DNA of 64,000 nt from Minisyncoccia bacterium (GCA_041738755.1 JBGSPE010000007.1:13079-77078), one strand, 5' to 3'; shown: positions 46,744 through 57,016, counted from the stretch's first letter. Numbers and translations: made by a program. The notes: generated from the letters alone by a model not told the origin.

Positions 46744-47841
46744 TTACGCTTCGTTCGCTTCTTTGTATGACAGTGTCATCTTCTGATCGTTTGGTTCGAA
46801 GAGGGTAATCTTGAACTTGTAGACAGAACCGAGTGAGAGATTGCTCTTGAGCTTCTCTTCGGTTTCAAATTCTGATACGTGTACGAGACCAGCAACTCCT
46901 TCTTCGATTGAGGCCAAAGCACCATGCTTGTTGTACTTAATAACAACCGCATCAACCACCTGGTCCTTCTTGAACTTCTTAGACGCTGACACCCATGGGT
47001 TTTCCTTGAGTTGTTTGATTGAAAGAGAAATTTTGTCATCCTTCACTTCAATCACCTTGACTGATACCTGGTCACCAACGCTGAAGAGCGACTTCGTATC
47101 TTCAACAAGACCCCAGTCAATTTCTGAAATGTGTACCAACCCTTCAAGACCCGGTTCAAGCTTAACGAATACGCCAAAGTCCACCGCACCGGTGACTTCA
47201 CCAGCCACAATTGAACCAACTTCGTACTTGTTAACCTTTTCACCCTTCTCTTCTTTTTCTTGGAGGCTCTTTTCAGAGAAGATGAGTTTGTGTTCTTTCT
47301 GGTCTGCTGTAATCATCACGACTGAAAGATGCTTACCAATGAGGTCATTGAGGGCGGTGAGGATTTTATCCTTATCACCGTCTGAAACTCGTGGGTAATT
47401 TTCAGCAGAGAGTTGTGAAGCTGGGAGGAATCCTTGGATACCTTGCCATTCAATAATAAGTCCGCCCTTGTTAGCGTCTTTCACTTCAAGACTCATGACA
47501 TTACCTTTCTTCACTGCTTCTTCAGCATCAGCCCAGATGAGGGCTTGTCGCGCTTCTTTGAGTGAAAGTTCGATGTAGCCATCTTCATTTTCGGTACTCA
47601 CCACCTTTGAAGCGATGGTGTCGCCTGGAGATACTTTGCGGAGAATATCACGAGCATTCATGTATTCACGTCCATAGATAAGACCAGTACCGTATGGTGG
47701 TACATCGATGTATACGCGGGCTCGGCCCACAGCTGATACAGTTCCTTCAACAATTTGTCCATCTACCAATGGGGCAGGGGAATTATCGAGGTAGGTTTGC
47801 ATAATGCTCGGTTGTCCGGCAGTTGCAGTTACTTCTGACAT
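46744..47841 (-). CDS. rpsA: 30S ribosomal protein S1 (short form, 4 S1 domains)
   Basis: Repeated S1 OB-fold domains (…GTVSAVGRARVYIDV…, …GEVTGAVDFGVFVKL…); internal ATG MSEVTATAG chosen. Confidence 0.85.
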   Translation of the reverse strand: MSEVTATAGQPSIMQTYLDNSPAPLVDGQIVEGTVSAVGRARVYIDVPPYGTGLIYGREYMNARDILRKVSPGDTIASKVVSTENEDGYIELSLKEARQALIWADAEEAVKKGNVMSLEVKDANKGGLIIEWQGIQGFLPASQLSAENYPRVSDGDKDKILTALNDLIGKHLSVVMITADQKEHKLIFSEKSLQEKEEKGEKVNKYEVGSIVAGEVTGAVDFGVFVKLEPGLEGLVHISEIDWGLVEDTKSLFSVGDQVSVKVIEVKDDKISLSIKQLKENPWVSASKKFKKDQVVDAVVIKYNKHGALASIEEGVAGLVHVSEFETEEKLKSNLSLGSVYKFKITLFEPNDQKMTLSYKEANEA

Positions 47842-48059
47842 ATTATTATTTATGTATTTATTCCGACGACACGCGTCTGCACAACCTTGTCGCAAGGGTG
47901 GAAGAATCTCTGTGAGATTCTTCCACCCGGCCATAGTTCGTGAGTGCAGGGTTAAACGTGTGTCGCGAGAAACTATTAAACCTTTCGGTGCGTGCAATAT
48001 ACCAGAATACGATTATTTGTCTACTCTAATGATGGTCAAAATAAAAAGCCCTTAGGCAG

Positions 48060-49300
48060 AGGTGGTTGTACCTCTATCTAAGGGCCACGGCGTTTCTGCC
48101 GATTTTTATTCAACTCCATTCAGCTTCGCTGGTGATCAGGCGGATTGTTCACCATATCGCCCATTTGGTCTGGTACCAACTTTCCATAATCGATATCATT
48201 TACGTTGCGATACTTATTATCATCTGGTTCATTGGAAGCGTACATGTTGAGACCTTTCTAGAACTACGGCTCACTATGTTACGGTTTCAGTATAAAAAGT
48301 CAATAATATTAATAGAAAACGCCACCCAGAAATTGAGTGGACGTGTGGAATGTCTGAGGGGAGTCATTTGCAAACTGCTTTCAGCAAGGCTGACAAGTGT
48401 TTGACGTAATGAATCTCCCCTCATGACCGGGTGAATGCCGTTTCAGGTTCAATGTGTGTCACAGGCGGCAACCAGGACAGGCACCTTACTACTAGAGGCA
48501 AATCAAAGATTGATTTATTTTAAGAACGGATGTTTGGCGCCGTTCCCCCTGCGTACCTAACACTTTAATGGTTAGTTGGACAGAGGGCAAGTCTCTCGCA
48601 TTTTCATGTCGCGGGTTCTCCCGAAAAGTCGACGATTGTGGCGGTGGGCCGGTGTCAGGAATAGAGTTCCTGCCACCGGCCCTGATCCGTGGCGCGCGGT
48701 ATGTCTTTAGCCATGCAGGCAGATAGACATCCGGAGACGGGCGGGGCGCAGTTCGCCGCGACCAAGTGCCTAGGGATCAGCTGTCAAAACAACAGCCCTC
48801 ATAATGTAGCATATTATTGTAATAATGTCAAGCATTCCTGACAACAGAGAAAGCACGACAAGCAGTTTTGGTTTTAAGTATAGAAAGCCCCATCTTTCCG
48901 CTTGAAAGCGTAAAGATGGGGCGCTTGGAATAGGGTCTGTACCCTTGGTTCTGGATTTTCCCGAGAGATAAAATGGACGGTATTCCTCTCAACCCAGCTC
49001 AGCAGCATTGCTACTGAGAAAATGTACTGTACTTGGCCATGTTAGAACCTCCACGGGGTACTCTGCTTACGCAGAGACTTGTCGGCATCGCGTTGATCAG
49101 GTCAGGTCGGTCGCGGTCGTCGCAGCAACGAGCATGGCAGCACTGGCGTTCGTTGCCGGCCGGCTCGTCGAGGTCATGGAGCGATGGCTCATGATGATTC
49201 TCCTTCAGATGGACTTTGCTTGCAGCGGCTTCTCGTGTATATTCGATCCTCTCTGCAATTTCGATAGTACTAAAAATTTATTATGTTGCAAGTAGATTGT
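48060..49300. other. ~1.2 kb ORF-free region with locally elevated GC and numerous stable hairpins (candidate structured ncRNA(s) or degraded locus)
   Basis: No ORF of 60 aa or more has a recognisable product; hairpins at 48045-48090, 48636-48682 (gggccggtg…caccggccc with an inner caggaa/ttcctg stem), 48888-48925 (ccccatcttt…aaagatgggg nested), 49121-49158; tandem GGTCG repeats at about 49100. Confidence 0.5.
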
Positions 49301-49364
49301 GCACATCGACACAGCCCCCAAAACACTTCGTGTTTTGGGGGCTGTGTCGTATACTGTTGTCACT

Positions 49365-49985
49365 ATGATTATTACGTATCACGGCGGGCAGTGTTTTAAA
49401 GTATCTTTTGGAAACACTACCTTGGCCTTCAATCCAATTTCCAAAAAATCAAAGCTTGAAAGTACTAAATTTGGTTCAGATGTAGCACTGGTTTCAATGT
49501 GGCACCCAGATTTTAATGGGGTTGATCAGGTGGCGCACGGTAACAAACAACCGTTTGTGGTTGATGGTCCGGGTGAATATGAGATTGGCTCAGTGATTGC
49601 TCGTGGATTTGGCGTTAAAACTATTTACGACAAACAACCTATTTTTAACACTATCTACCAGGTGTGGCTCGAAGACATGAATATCGTCTTCCTTGGTGCC
49701 TTGGCCGATATTGAAATTGACCCAAAGATATTGAGTGAACTGGGTGACATCGATATATTGTTCGTTCCAATTGGTGGCGGGGAACTCTTAACTGTACCGC
49801 AAGCCAGTAAGTTGGCCGTTAAGCTTGAAGCTAAGTTGATTATCCCAATGCACTACACCCCGGATGCGTTGAAGCAGTTTCTGAAAGAAGAGGGGGAAGA
49901 AGGACTAAAGCCAGTTGATAAATTGGTACTCAAGCGAAAAGAAGTACAAGAGCTTAGTGGTTCAGTGGCAGTGTTAAGTAGCTAA
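49365..49985 (+). CDS. MBL-fold metallo-hydrolase (Lactamase_B_3 / UlaG-like)
   Basis: …DVALVSMWHPDFNG…ILFVPIGGGELLTV…IPMHYT pattern of the beta-lactamase_3 fold; internal ATG chosen. Confidence 0.55.
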   Translation: MIITYHGGQCFKVSFGNTTLAFNPISKKSKLESTKFGSDVALVSMWHPDFNGVDQVAHGNKQPFVVDGPGEYEIGSVIARGFGVKTIYDKQPIFNTIYQVWLEDMNIVFLGALADIEIDPKILSELGDIDILFVPIGGGELLTVPQASKLAVKLEAKLIIPMHYTPDALKQFLKEEGEEGLKPVDKLVLKRKEVQELSGSVAVLSS

Positions 49986-49989
49986 TTCT

Positions 49990-50421
49990 ATGAAGCTCCC
50001 AAAAATACAGACGTTGCGGCAGAAATCAAAGGCGGCTCGTAATAACATTGCCTTTGGTGTAGCTTGTACATTTACGGCCGTTGTATTCGCAGTCTGGATT
50101 TTGGTTGACCCGTCTGGAATCAGTGAGTCAGTAACGGCGGTTCCGACTGATCAGCCCCGGATGTTTGGCGGGCTGATTGACCAGATTAAAGAACAAGTAG
50201 CGGGTGCCCAGCAAGCATTTGAAACAGATGAGCAAGTTCCAGAAGAAACAACTCGTGAATCAGATGTAATCATCCCGCCGATTCCAACCGAGCCTGAATT
50301 CAGTACCGCTACAAACTCACAAGCGAGTACAACCGGAAGTACGACACCACGAGAAGTCCAATTGTTTATTGATACAAGTGCTACTACTACTCCGGCTGAT
50401 ACTTCAGGCAGGGTTCAGTAA
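49990..50421 (+). CDS. membrane-anchored hypothetical protein with a Thr/Ser-rich C-terminus
   Basis: N-terminal TM helix, then an acidic low-complexity extracellular region. Confidence 0.5.
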   Translation: MKLPKIQTLRQKSKAARNNIAFGVACTFTAVVFAVWILVDPSGISESVTAVPTDQPRMFGGLIDQIKEQVAGAQQAFETDEQVPEETTRESDVIIPPIPTEPEFSTATNSQASTTGSTTPREVQLFIDTSATTTPADTSGRVQ

Positions 50422-50460
50422 TGTGCTATACTAGCGAGTAATTTTTAGATTGTCAGAATA

Positions 50461-52953
50461 GTGCGTTATATGCCGAAAAAGTCACCTCAAGCAGCTCCAG
50501 AACCAATCGACCACATGCGTGGTGTCGTCTCACAAAGCATTACGGGCGAAATGGAAACCGCCTACCTAGACTACGCTATGTCGGTTATTACGATGCGTGC
50601 CTTGCCTGACGTACGTGATGGTTTAAAGCCAGTTCACCGACGAATCCTCTACTCAATGCGCCTTAATGGACTCACTGCTACCGCTAAATTCAAGAAATCG
50701 GCTACTGTCGTAGGAGACGTACTCGGTAACTTTCACCCGCACGGTGACTCGGCTGTCTATGAGTCAATGGTAAAGCTTGTCCAGCCGTTTTCCACACGAT
50801 ATCCACTGGTTATTGGACAAGGGAACTTCGGTTCGGTTGATGGCGACTCGGCTGCTGCGTATCGATATACCGAAGCTAAAATGTCTCGGATTGCTGAGGA
50901 GCTCCTTCGCGATTTGGAGAAAGATACGGTGGATTGGCGACCAAACTTTGATGGTACTAAGAAAGAACCAGTAGTGCTTCCAGCCGCAGTGCCAAACCTT
51001 CTTCTCCTTGGTTCGCTTGGAATTGCGGTTGGAATGGCCACAAATATTCCACCCCACAATCTCCGTGAAGTGTCTGAAGCCGTAGCGTATCTAATTGATA
51101 ATCCAGAAGCCTCAACTGACGACTTACTTAAATTTGTAAAAGGTCCTGACTTCCCAACGGGAGCGATTGCGTTTAATCAAAAAGATATTACGCACGCTTA
51201 CTCCAATGGTCGGGGAGGTGTGACGGTTCGTGGTGAAGCAGAAATTGTTGAAGATAAACGCGGCGCCTTCTCAATCATTATTACGTCAATTCCGTATCGA
51301 GTTAACAAGGCTGACTTACAAGAAAAGATTGCTAACTTGGTCCGTGAAAAGAAGATTGAAGGGATTCGAGAAATGCGCGATGAGTCTACTAGTGATATCC
51401 GGGTTGTGATTGAACTCAAGACCGGAGCGCAACCACAAACCGTTTTAAATAAATTATACAAACACACCCAGCTTGAGGATACCTTCCACTACAACATGGT
51501 GGCATTGGTGGATGGTGTGCCGCAAACCTTATCGCTCAAGGTGATTTTGCAAGAGTACGTGAAGCACCGAGCGGATGTAATCCGCCGTCGAACTCAATAC
51601 GACCTCAACAAAGCGCAGGACCGTGAACATATTTTGCTCGGCCTCAAGAAAGCGCTCGATCATATTGATAAAATCATTAAGCTTATTCGAGCTGCCAAAG
51701 ATGTTCCAACCGCCCACGCTTCGTTGATGAAAGAATTTAAATTCTCAGTCATCCAAGCGCAAGCAATCCTCGATATGCGGTTGCAGAAGCTCGCTGGTTT
51801 GGAACGCAAGAAGATTGAAGACGAGTTGGCGGAAATTCAAAAGTTAATTAAGGCTTTGGAAGCAATTTTGAAGAGCAAAGCCAAGATGATGGGAATCGTA
51901 AAGTCTGAACTCCTTGAGGTAGCAGAAAAATATGGTGATGAGAGACGAACTAAAATCGTAAAGGGTGGCGTCAAACAAATCAATCCCGAAGATCTTATTC
52001 CGGATGAGGAAAGCGTCTTGGTCTTAACAGCTGGTGGTTACGTAAAACGAACTAATCCAGAAGAATACAAAACCCAAAAGCGTGGCGGCGTGGGAGTGAT
52101 TGACCTTAATACCAAAGAAGAGGATGTGGTCACGACACTGCTTACAACCTCTTCCCACAGTGACTTACTCTTCTTTACCAATGCCGGTAAAGTCTACCAA
52201 TCAAAGATGTATGAAATCCCAGAAGGGAAACGTGCTACCAAGGGTAAGTCGATTATGAACTTCCTCTCAATGGGAAGTGAGGAGCGGGTTACCTCAGTCT
52301 TAGCGGTTCGTCGTGAAGAGTGGGATGGCGAGTGGGGACTCATCATGTTTACCAAAAATGGTGTAGCCAAGAAGAGCGACGCATCAGTTTTCAAAGATGT
52401 CAGACGGAGTGGTCTTATTGCCATCACCCTCAAGGATAATGATTCATTAATTGCCGCTCGATTTGTCGGTAAGGGTGATGAGTTGTCACTCGTGACAAGT
52501 AAGGGGCAATCAATTCGCTTCAAGGAAAGTGATGTTCGAGAAATGGGACGGACTGCTTCAGGTGTCGCTGCGATGAAGCTCGGTAAGGGCGATGAGATAG
52601 TTTCGGCAGATGTCTTCACCAAGGGTGTGAAGGACAGAGAACTTTTGATTGTGACTGAACATGGCTACGGTAAGGTTACGCCAGCTAAAGAATATAAATT
52701 GCAAAAACGAAGTGGGTCAGGTATTAAAACCGCCAAGGTAACTGACAAGACGGGACAAATAGTCTGTGGAATTGTCTTAAGTCAAGAAGAACATAAAGAA
52801 GGTGAGCTCGTCATTATGAGCAAGAAGGGACAGGTGATTAAGTTGCCACTCAAGGATGTCCCGACGCTCGGTAGAGACACGCAAGGAGTCCGTGTGATGA
52901 AGATGCGAGCGGGAGATGCGATAGCGAGCGTGGTATTTGTAAAGACTGAGTAG
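50461..52953 (+). CDS. gyrA: DNA gyrase subunit A
   Basis: [28 protein letters not shown] active-site region with Tyr, GyrA-box-like QKRGGVG in the C-terminal beta-pinwheel, 830 aa. Confidence 0.9.
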   Translation: MRYMPKKSPQAAPEPIDHMRGVVSQSITGEMETAYLDYAMSVITMRALPDVRDGLKPVHRRILYSMRLNGLTATAKFKKSATVVGDVLGNFHPHGDSAVYESMVKLVQPFSTRYPLVIGQGNFGSVDGDSAAAYRYTEAKMSRIAEELLRDLEKDTVDWRPNFDGTKKEPVVLPAAVPNLLLLGSLGIAVGMATNIPPHNLREVSEAVAYLIDNPEASTDDLLKFVKGPDFPTGAIAFNQKDITHAYSNGRGGVTVRGEAEIVEDKRGAFSIIITSIPYRVNKADLQEKIANLVREKKIEGIREMRDESTSDIRVVIELKTGAQPQTVLNKLYKHTQLEDTFHYNMVALVDGVPQTLSLKVILQEYVKHRADVIRRRTQYDLNKAQDREHILLGLKKALDHIDKIIKLIRAAKDVPTAHASLMKEFKFSVIQAQAILDMRLQKLAGLERKKIEDELAEIQKLIKALEAILKSKAKMMGIVKSELLEVAEKYGDERRTKIVKGGVKQINPEDLIPDEESVLVLTAGGYVKRTNPEEYKTQKRGGVGVIDLNTKEEDVVTTLLTTSSHSDLLFFTNAGKVYQSKMYEIPEGKRATKGKSIMNFLSMGSEERVTSVLAVRREEWDGEWGLIMFTKNGVAKKSDASVFKDVRRSGLIAITLKDNDSLIAARFVGKGDELSLVTSKGQSIRFKESDVREMGRTASGVAAMKLGKGDEIVSADVFTKGVKDRELLIVTEHGYGKVTPAKEYKLQKRSGSGIKTAKVTDKTGQIVCGIVLSQEEHKEGELVIMSKKGQVIKLPLKDVPTLGRDTQGVRVMKMRAGDAIASVVFVKTE

Positions 52954-52960
52954 TGACGGT

Positions 52961-53004
52961 AAAAGCCGCCAGAAACCCTTAAGGGTTTCTGGCGGCTTTT
53001 GTTT
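52961..53004 (+). terminator. rho-independent terminator
   Basis: aaaagccgccagaaaccctt aa gggtttctggcggcttttgtttt. Confidence 0.8.
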
Positions 53005-53032
53005 TACACATCTCATAACCGCAACCGACTCA

Positions 53033-53602
53033 TTGCCCTATATAATGTATGTAATGAATCCAATTCTTGGCGGGCAGTTTGTAAAACCTGAAATCGTCGT
53101 AACTCATTTTCATTTGCGTGAGGGTGATACTGTGGCTGATTACGGTACGGGGAGTGGTTTCTTTTTGAGATCACTTTCCACTTCGGTCGGAGCAACCGGC
53201 CGCGTGTATGCCTGCGAGATACAAAAAAGCCTGGTTGAAAAAATTGGTGAACAAAGTCGTCAATCAGGTCTGACTAATATTCAAGTCCTTTGGTGTGATC
53301 TTGAAGAGTTGGGTGGGTTAAAAATTGCTGACAATGCGCTCGATGCCGGAGTCCTTGTAAATACGCTTTTTATTTTGGAAGATAGAGAGACTGCGGTGAA
53401 AGAAATAGCGCGAACACTGAGGTCGGGCGCCAAGTTATTTGTTATTGATTGGACTGAATCATTTGCTGGTATGGGGCCGATGCCTGATCATGTAATTACC
53501 GAAGCTGAAGCTACGGTCCTGTTCGAAGCCAATGGGTTTATTTTTGAACGTAATTATCCAGCTGGAGAACACCACTACGGCTTAGCTTTTAGAAAGTTAT
53601 GA
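53033..53602 (+). CDS. class I SAM-dependent methyltransferase
   Basis: Motif I VADYGTGSGFF, motif post-I acidic residue, ~185 aa. Confidence 0.7.
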   Translation: MPYIMYVMNPILGGQFVKPEIVVTHFHLREGDTVADYGTGSGFFLRSLSTSVGATGRVYACEIQKSLVEKIGEQSRQSGLTNIQVLWCDLEELGGLKIADNALDAGVLVNTLFILEDRETAVKEIARTLRSGAKLFVIDWTESFAGMGPMPDHVITEAEATVLFEANGFIFERNYPAGEHHYGLAFRKL

Positions 53603-54903
53603 ATTTAAGACCATTTGAACTAGGCCTCATCATCGTATTCATCGTTTTGATTGCCGGATCATTATTGTTCCTTTCGGTGTATAGTCCAGGTAATGATAAC
53701 GATGGTCTGCCACAGGTTGGTACAGTAACTATCTGGGGTACCTTGCCACAGTCAGGCATGGAGCAAGTACTACGGGGGATGGCTGAAGTTAACGAATCTT
53801 ATAACGGCGTCTCGTATAGAGAAATTAGTCCAGCAGATTTTTCAAATGAACTGGTTAACGCTTTGGCAGATGGGACTGGTCCTGATTTACTCCTGGTTCC
53901 CCATGAGCGCCTCGTTGAGTTTCGTCGACGCTTACAGGTTATTTCATATGATTCTTTTCCCTTGCGAGATTTCCGAAGTCTCTACCTTGATGGGGCTGCA
54001 GTTTTTGCCTTAAACGATGGCGTCTATGCCTACCCGATTGCTGTTGATCCGCTCATGATGTACTGGAATCGCAATATGCTAGCCAATAATAATCTCCTGA
54101 CACCCCCAGCTACCTGGGAAGCGCTTGTTAATACCTACGTACCAACACTTATTCAGCGACAGGCTGATAGATCTATTACGCAGAGCGTGGTAGCAATGGG
54201 GGAGTATAGTAATATTCGAAATGCGTTCGGGATTATCTCAGCTCTCTTGATTCAGGGTGGCTCTGCAATGGTAACAGAACAAAATACTGAGTATGTTATT
54301 CAGCTCGATAGTTCACTCCAAGGCGGTGACCGACCATTTCAAAGCGTGGCTGACTTCTACACACGCTTCAGTCGCCCTAGTAACGCACTGTACTCATGGA
54401 ATCGATCATTTCCACCAGACCGAGACCGCTTTGTGAGTGAAAACTTAGCATTATATTTTGGGTATGGAAGTGAAGGAAAGGAGCTTGAGCGACTCAATCC
54501 CAATCTCAATTTTGATATTGCTGAATTACCGCAAGGCGGAGCCGCAACCGTCAGGCGGACCTATGGTCAGTTCTATGGATTGTCAGTCCTTCGTTCGTCA
54601 GATAATTTTCCTGGAGCCGCTATTGTCCTCCGTGATTTAGCGAGCGCTGATATCAGTAAGCAAATAGCTGACACGTACAATTTGGTACCTGCTTTGCGTA
54701 GTTTGGTCGCAGCCGGTAGTAACGATACCTATGGGCGACTTAATTACACTTCGGCAGCCATTACCTACGGTTGGTTAAATCCAGATTTAGCCGGGACCAA
54801 TACTATTTTTGAAACAATGGTTCGTGACATTAATGAAAATCGAAATGATGTCGGTGGTGCAGTGACTGACGCCGAAGATCGTTTAGAGTTAGAGTATAAT
54901 TAA
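53599..54903 (+). CDS. membrane-anchored ABC-type substrate-binding protein, MalE/SBP_bac_1-like, orphan (no permease or ATPase adjacent)
   Basis: N-terminal TM anchor; GTVTIWGTL…ALADGTGPDLLLVPHERL…GVYAYPIAVDPLMMYWNRNML…TPPATWEAL matches the family-1 SBP pattern. Confidence 0.6.
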   Translation: MNLRPFELGLIIVFIVLIAGSLLFLSVYSPGNDNDGLPQVGTVTIWGTLPQSGMEQVLRGMAEVNESYNGVSYREISPADFSNELVNALADGTGPDLLLVPHERLVEFRRRLQVISYDSFPLRDFRSLYLDGAAVFALNDGVYAYPIAVDPLMMYWNRNMLANNNLLTPPATWEALVNTYVPTLIQRQADRSITQSVVAMGEYSNIRNAFGIISALLIQGGSAMVTEQNTEYVIQLDSSLQGGDRPFQSVADFYTRFSRPSNALYSWNRSFPPDRDRFVSENLALYFGYGSEGKELERLNPNLNFDIAELPQGGAATVRRTYGQFYGLSVLRSSDNFPGAAIVLRDLASADISKQIADTYNLVPALRSLVAAGSNDTYGRLNYTSAAITYGWLNPDLAGTNTIFETMVRDINENRNDVGGAVTDAEDRLELEYN

Positions 54904-54906
54904 TTT

Positions 54907-55341
54907 ATGAAATTTACACATTTATTCTTGGTAGTGGTTATGGCCTTCGGGGTGGCGTTACCAAGTATTTCATTGTCTCAAGGTACAACCCCAAACGGTC
55001 CACCAGCAAACCCACCAACTACACCAAACGGTCCGGCTGCAACACCTCCAGTCACACCAAATGGTGGAGGTGGCGGTTCTCGAGCCTTGGACAATCCTCT
55101 CCAGGTTGATTCACTTGAAGACTTGCTGGTAGCTATCCTTCGAATTGTGATTGTTCTCGCTACGCCGATTGTTGTACTCTTTATTATTTTGGCTGGCTTC
55201 AAGTATGTGACTGCAAGAGGTGATGCTGCAAAGACAAAGGAAGCCACCCTTGCCCTTACTTATGCAGTCATCGGTGGAATACTCATTATAGGCGCGGTCG
55301 CTATTGCGGAGATTATCGGTAATATAGTAGAAGCTTTTTAA
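54907..55341 (+). CDS. VirB2/TrbC-like pilin-family small membrane protein, paralog 1 (signal peptide, TPNGP repeats)
   Basis: Signal peptide, Pro-rich TPNGPxxxPP repeats, then two hydrophobic helices separated by a Lys-rich loop (…FKYVTARGDAAKTKEATLALTYAVIGG…). Confidence 0.5.
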   Translation: MKFTHLFLVVVMAFGVALPSISLSQGTTPNGPPANPPTTPNGPAATPPVTPNGGGGGSRALDNPLQVDSLEDLLVAILRIVIVLATPIVVLFIILAGFKYVTARGDAAKTKEATLALTYAVIGGILIIGAVAIAEIIGNIVEAF

Positions 55342-55347
55342 TCCGGT

Positions 55348-55599
55348 ATGGAAACTCCAAAAGATTTTGCAGGGTTGGTGAATTTTTTTCTCAGTTTTAT
55401 TGGTATTCTTATCCCAGCACTCTTCGCAGTTTTATTTGTCTATATTATGTACAAAATCTTTGATGCCTGGATTTTGCACGCTGATGATGAGACAAAACGA
55501 AAAGAAGGAAAGTCACTGATTATTGTCGCAGTCCTGGTATTTGTGCTTATGATCAGCACGTGGGGAATTGTGGGTCTTATCCAGCGCTCCTTATTTTAG
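55348..55599 (+). CDS. VirB2/TrbC-like small membrane protein, paralog 2 (no signal peptide)
   Basis: Two TM helices with a DETKRKEGKSL loop; alignable to paralogs 3-5. Confidence 0.45.
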   Translation: METPKDFAGLVNFFLSFIGILIPALFAVLFVYIMYKIFDAWILHADDETKRKEGKSLIIVAVLVFVLMISTWGIVGLIQRSLF

Positions 55600-55652
55600 G
55601 AGTAGCCATATGCAATAAAATATGGTATACTAAAAATTATTACTTAGTGTCT

Positions 55653-56042
55653 ATGTATTCTATGACTCGTATTGTATCCATCTTTTCAGTTCTTGGTATT
55701 GCCTTGTTACCAGGGGTAACTTCAGCGCAGTTGGCAACGTCTGGCAACGCTGGGCCCTTCCAAGACCTCTTGGTAAATATTCTTGAGTTTTCAAACACTA
55801 CCCTCATTCCATTTATTATTGGTATTGGGTTCCTCTTCTTTGTGTGGGGAATGTTTCAATACTTCATCGCTGGTGGCGCCAATGAAGAGTCTAAGCAAAA
55901 GGGGAAGAGTCTGATGATTAATGCTACGATTGGTTTTGTCGTGATTATTATTTTCTTTGGAATCATCAATCTCCTCACCAATAGTACTGGGCTTGAAGGA
56001 GAAGCAATTCAAAATGTCCCACAAATCACCATTCCAGAATAA
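55653..56042 (+). CDS. VirB2/TrbC-like small membrane protein, paralog 3
   Basis: Signal peptide; NILEFSNTTLIPFIIGIGFLFFVWGMFQYFIAGGANEESKQKGKSLMINATIGFVVIIIFFGIINLL; ~65% identical to paralog 4. Confidence 0.5.
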   Translation: MYSMTRIVSIFSVLGIALLPGVTSAQLATSGNAGPFQDLLVNILEFSNTTLIPFIIGIGFLFFVWGMFQYFIAGGANEESKQKGKSLMINATIGFVVIIIFFGIINLLTNSTGLEGEAIQNVPQITIPE

Positions 56043-56164
56043 TTGGTAAGATTTTGTTATACACATGATGGTAAAACCCGGCGTCTCAAGCCGGGTTTTG
56101 TACCATATAATTAAGTAAACGTAGCCGCGTTGTTAATAGCCACATTATTTGCATAAACTAACCT

Positions 56165-56551
56165 ATGAAAAAAATCTTTTACTCAATCAGCAGCCTTAGT
56201 CTTTTGGCACTTCCGCTTGTTTCATCTGCTCAACAAGGTCAGGGTTTCCAGCCAGACGGCGGAGAGCTTGGTGATTTCTTTACAAACATTCTCCTTTTCT
56301 CAAATAACGTCCTTATTCCATTTATTCTTGGAATCGGATTCTTGGTATTTGTGTACGGAGTATTTCTTTACTTTATTGCCGGCGGAGCCAATGAAGACAA
56401 ACAAAAGCAAGGAAAGAGCCTTCTTATCTACGCTACGCTTGGTTTCGTAATTGTGATTATTTTCTGGGGAGTAGTGAATCTTCTTGCTCAAGGTACAGGG
56501 TTTGATAACGACAATCTTGAAAATATTCCAGACCTACCGACCACTCGATAA
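56165..56551 (+). CDS. VirB2/TrbC-like small membrane protein, paralog 4
   Basis: Signal peptide; NILLFSNNVLIPFILGIGFLVFVYGVFLYFIAGGANEDKQKQGKSLLIYATLGFVIVIIFWGVVNLL. Confidence 0.5.
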   Translation: MKKIFYSISSLSLLALPLVSSAQQGQGFQPDGGELGDFFTNILLFSNNVLIPFILGIGFLVFVYGVFLYFIAGGANEDKQKQGKSLLIYATLGFVIVIIFWGVVNLLAQGTGFDNDNLENIPDLPTTR

Positions 56552-56566
56552 GTTTCCTTCGGAAAC

Positions 56567-56590
56567 AAAAAAGCCCTTCGGGGCTTTTTT
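56567..56590 (+). terminator. rho-independent terminator
   Basis: aaaagcccttcggggctttttt. Confidence 0.75.
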
Positions 56591-56640
56591 GTTTCCCCAT
56601 GAAAAAGCTTTTTGACAGTGTGACGTGCTAAAATCCTAGT

Positions 56641-56976
56641 ATGTCTCCCGAAGATAGAGCAGTTGGTGAAGCCGTTAGTTTTGTTGCTACGGTCAATGAT
56701 GTGATTATTTTTCCCCTCATCGCACTTCTAACAGGAATTGCCTTCTTGGTATTCCTTTATGGTTGCGCTGAATTTATCTTTAACGCTAGTAACGAACAGG
56801 GTCGTAAGCAGGGGACTCAACATGTCATGTACGGTATTATTGGTTTGGTTGTAATGTTGAGTGCTTGGTCAATTCTCCAGATTGCTACTGCAACCTTCGG
56901 GCTTAATGATGAACTGGATTGTGCGAATAACCCTTCAGCTAGTGGGTGTGCGGAGAAGTTTGAGCTCCAACAATAA
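56641..56976 (+). CDS. VirB2/TrbC-like small membrane protein, paralog 5 (no signal peptide, C-terminal Cys pair)
   Basis: IIFPLIALLTGIAFLVFLYGCAEFIFNASNEQGRKQGTQHVMYGIIGLVVMLSAWSIL core alignable with paralogs 1-4. Confidence 0.45.
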   Translation: MSPEDRAVGEAVSFVATVNDVIIFPLIALLTGIAFLVFLYGCAEFIFNASNEQGRKQGTQHVMYGIIGLVVMLSAWSILQIATATFGLNDELDCANNPSASGCAEKFELQQ

Positions 56977-56977
56977 A

Positions 56978-57016
56978 AAATAGAGCCCTTGGTACAAGTA
57001 CCAAGGGCTCTGAGTT
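56978..57016. terminator. bidirectional terminator
   Basis: agagcccttggtac aa gtaccaagggctct. Confidence 0.8.

Noticed and set aside
48062-48404. 62-aa and 112-aa + strand ORFs at the edge of the noncoding region
   Set aside because: They have no recognisable product and overlap a terminator hairpin, so they were treated as part of the unexplained region rather than genes.
48400-49300. Possible tmRNA (ssrA)
   Set aside because: I searched by eye for the GGGG…GATTCGACGGG 5' end, a tag-peptide reading frame ending in ALAA-stop, and a tRNA-Ala-like T-arm/CCA 3' end on both strands. None was found, only a partial TTCTGGATT similarity.
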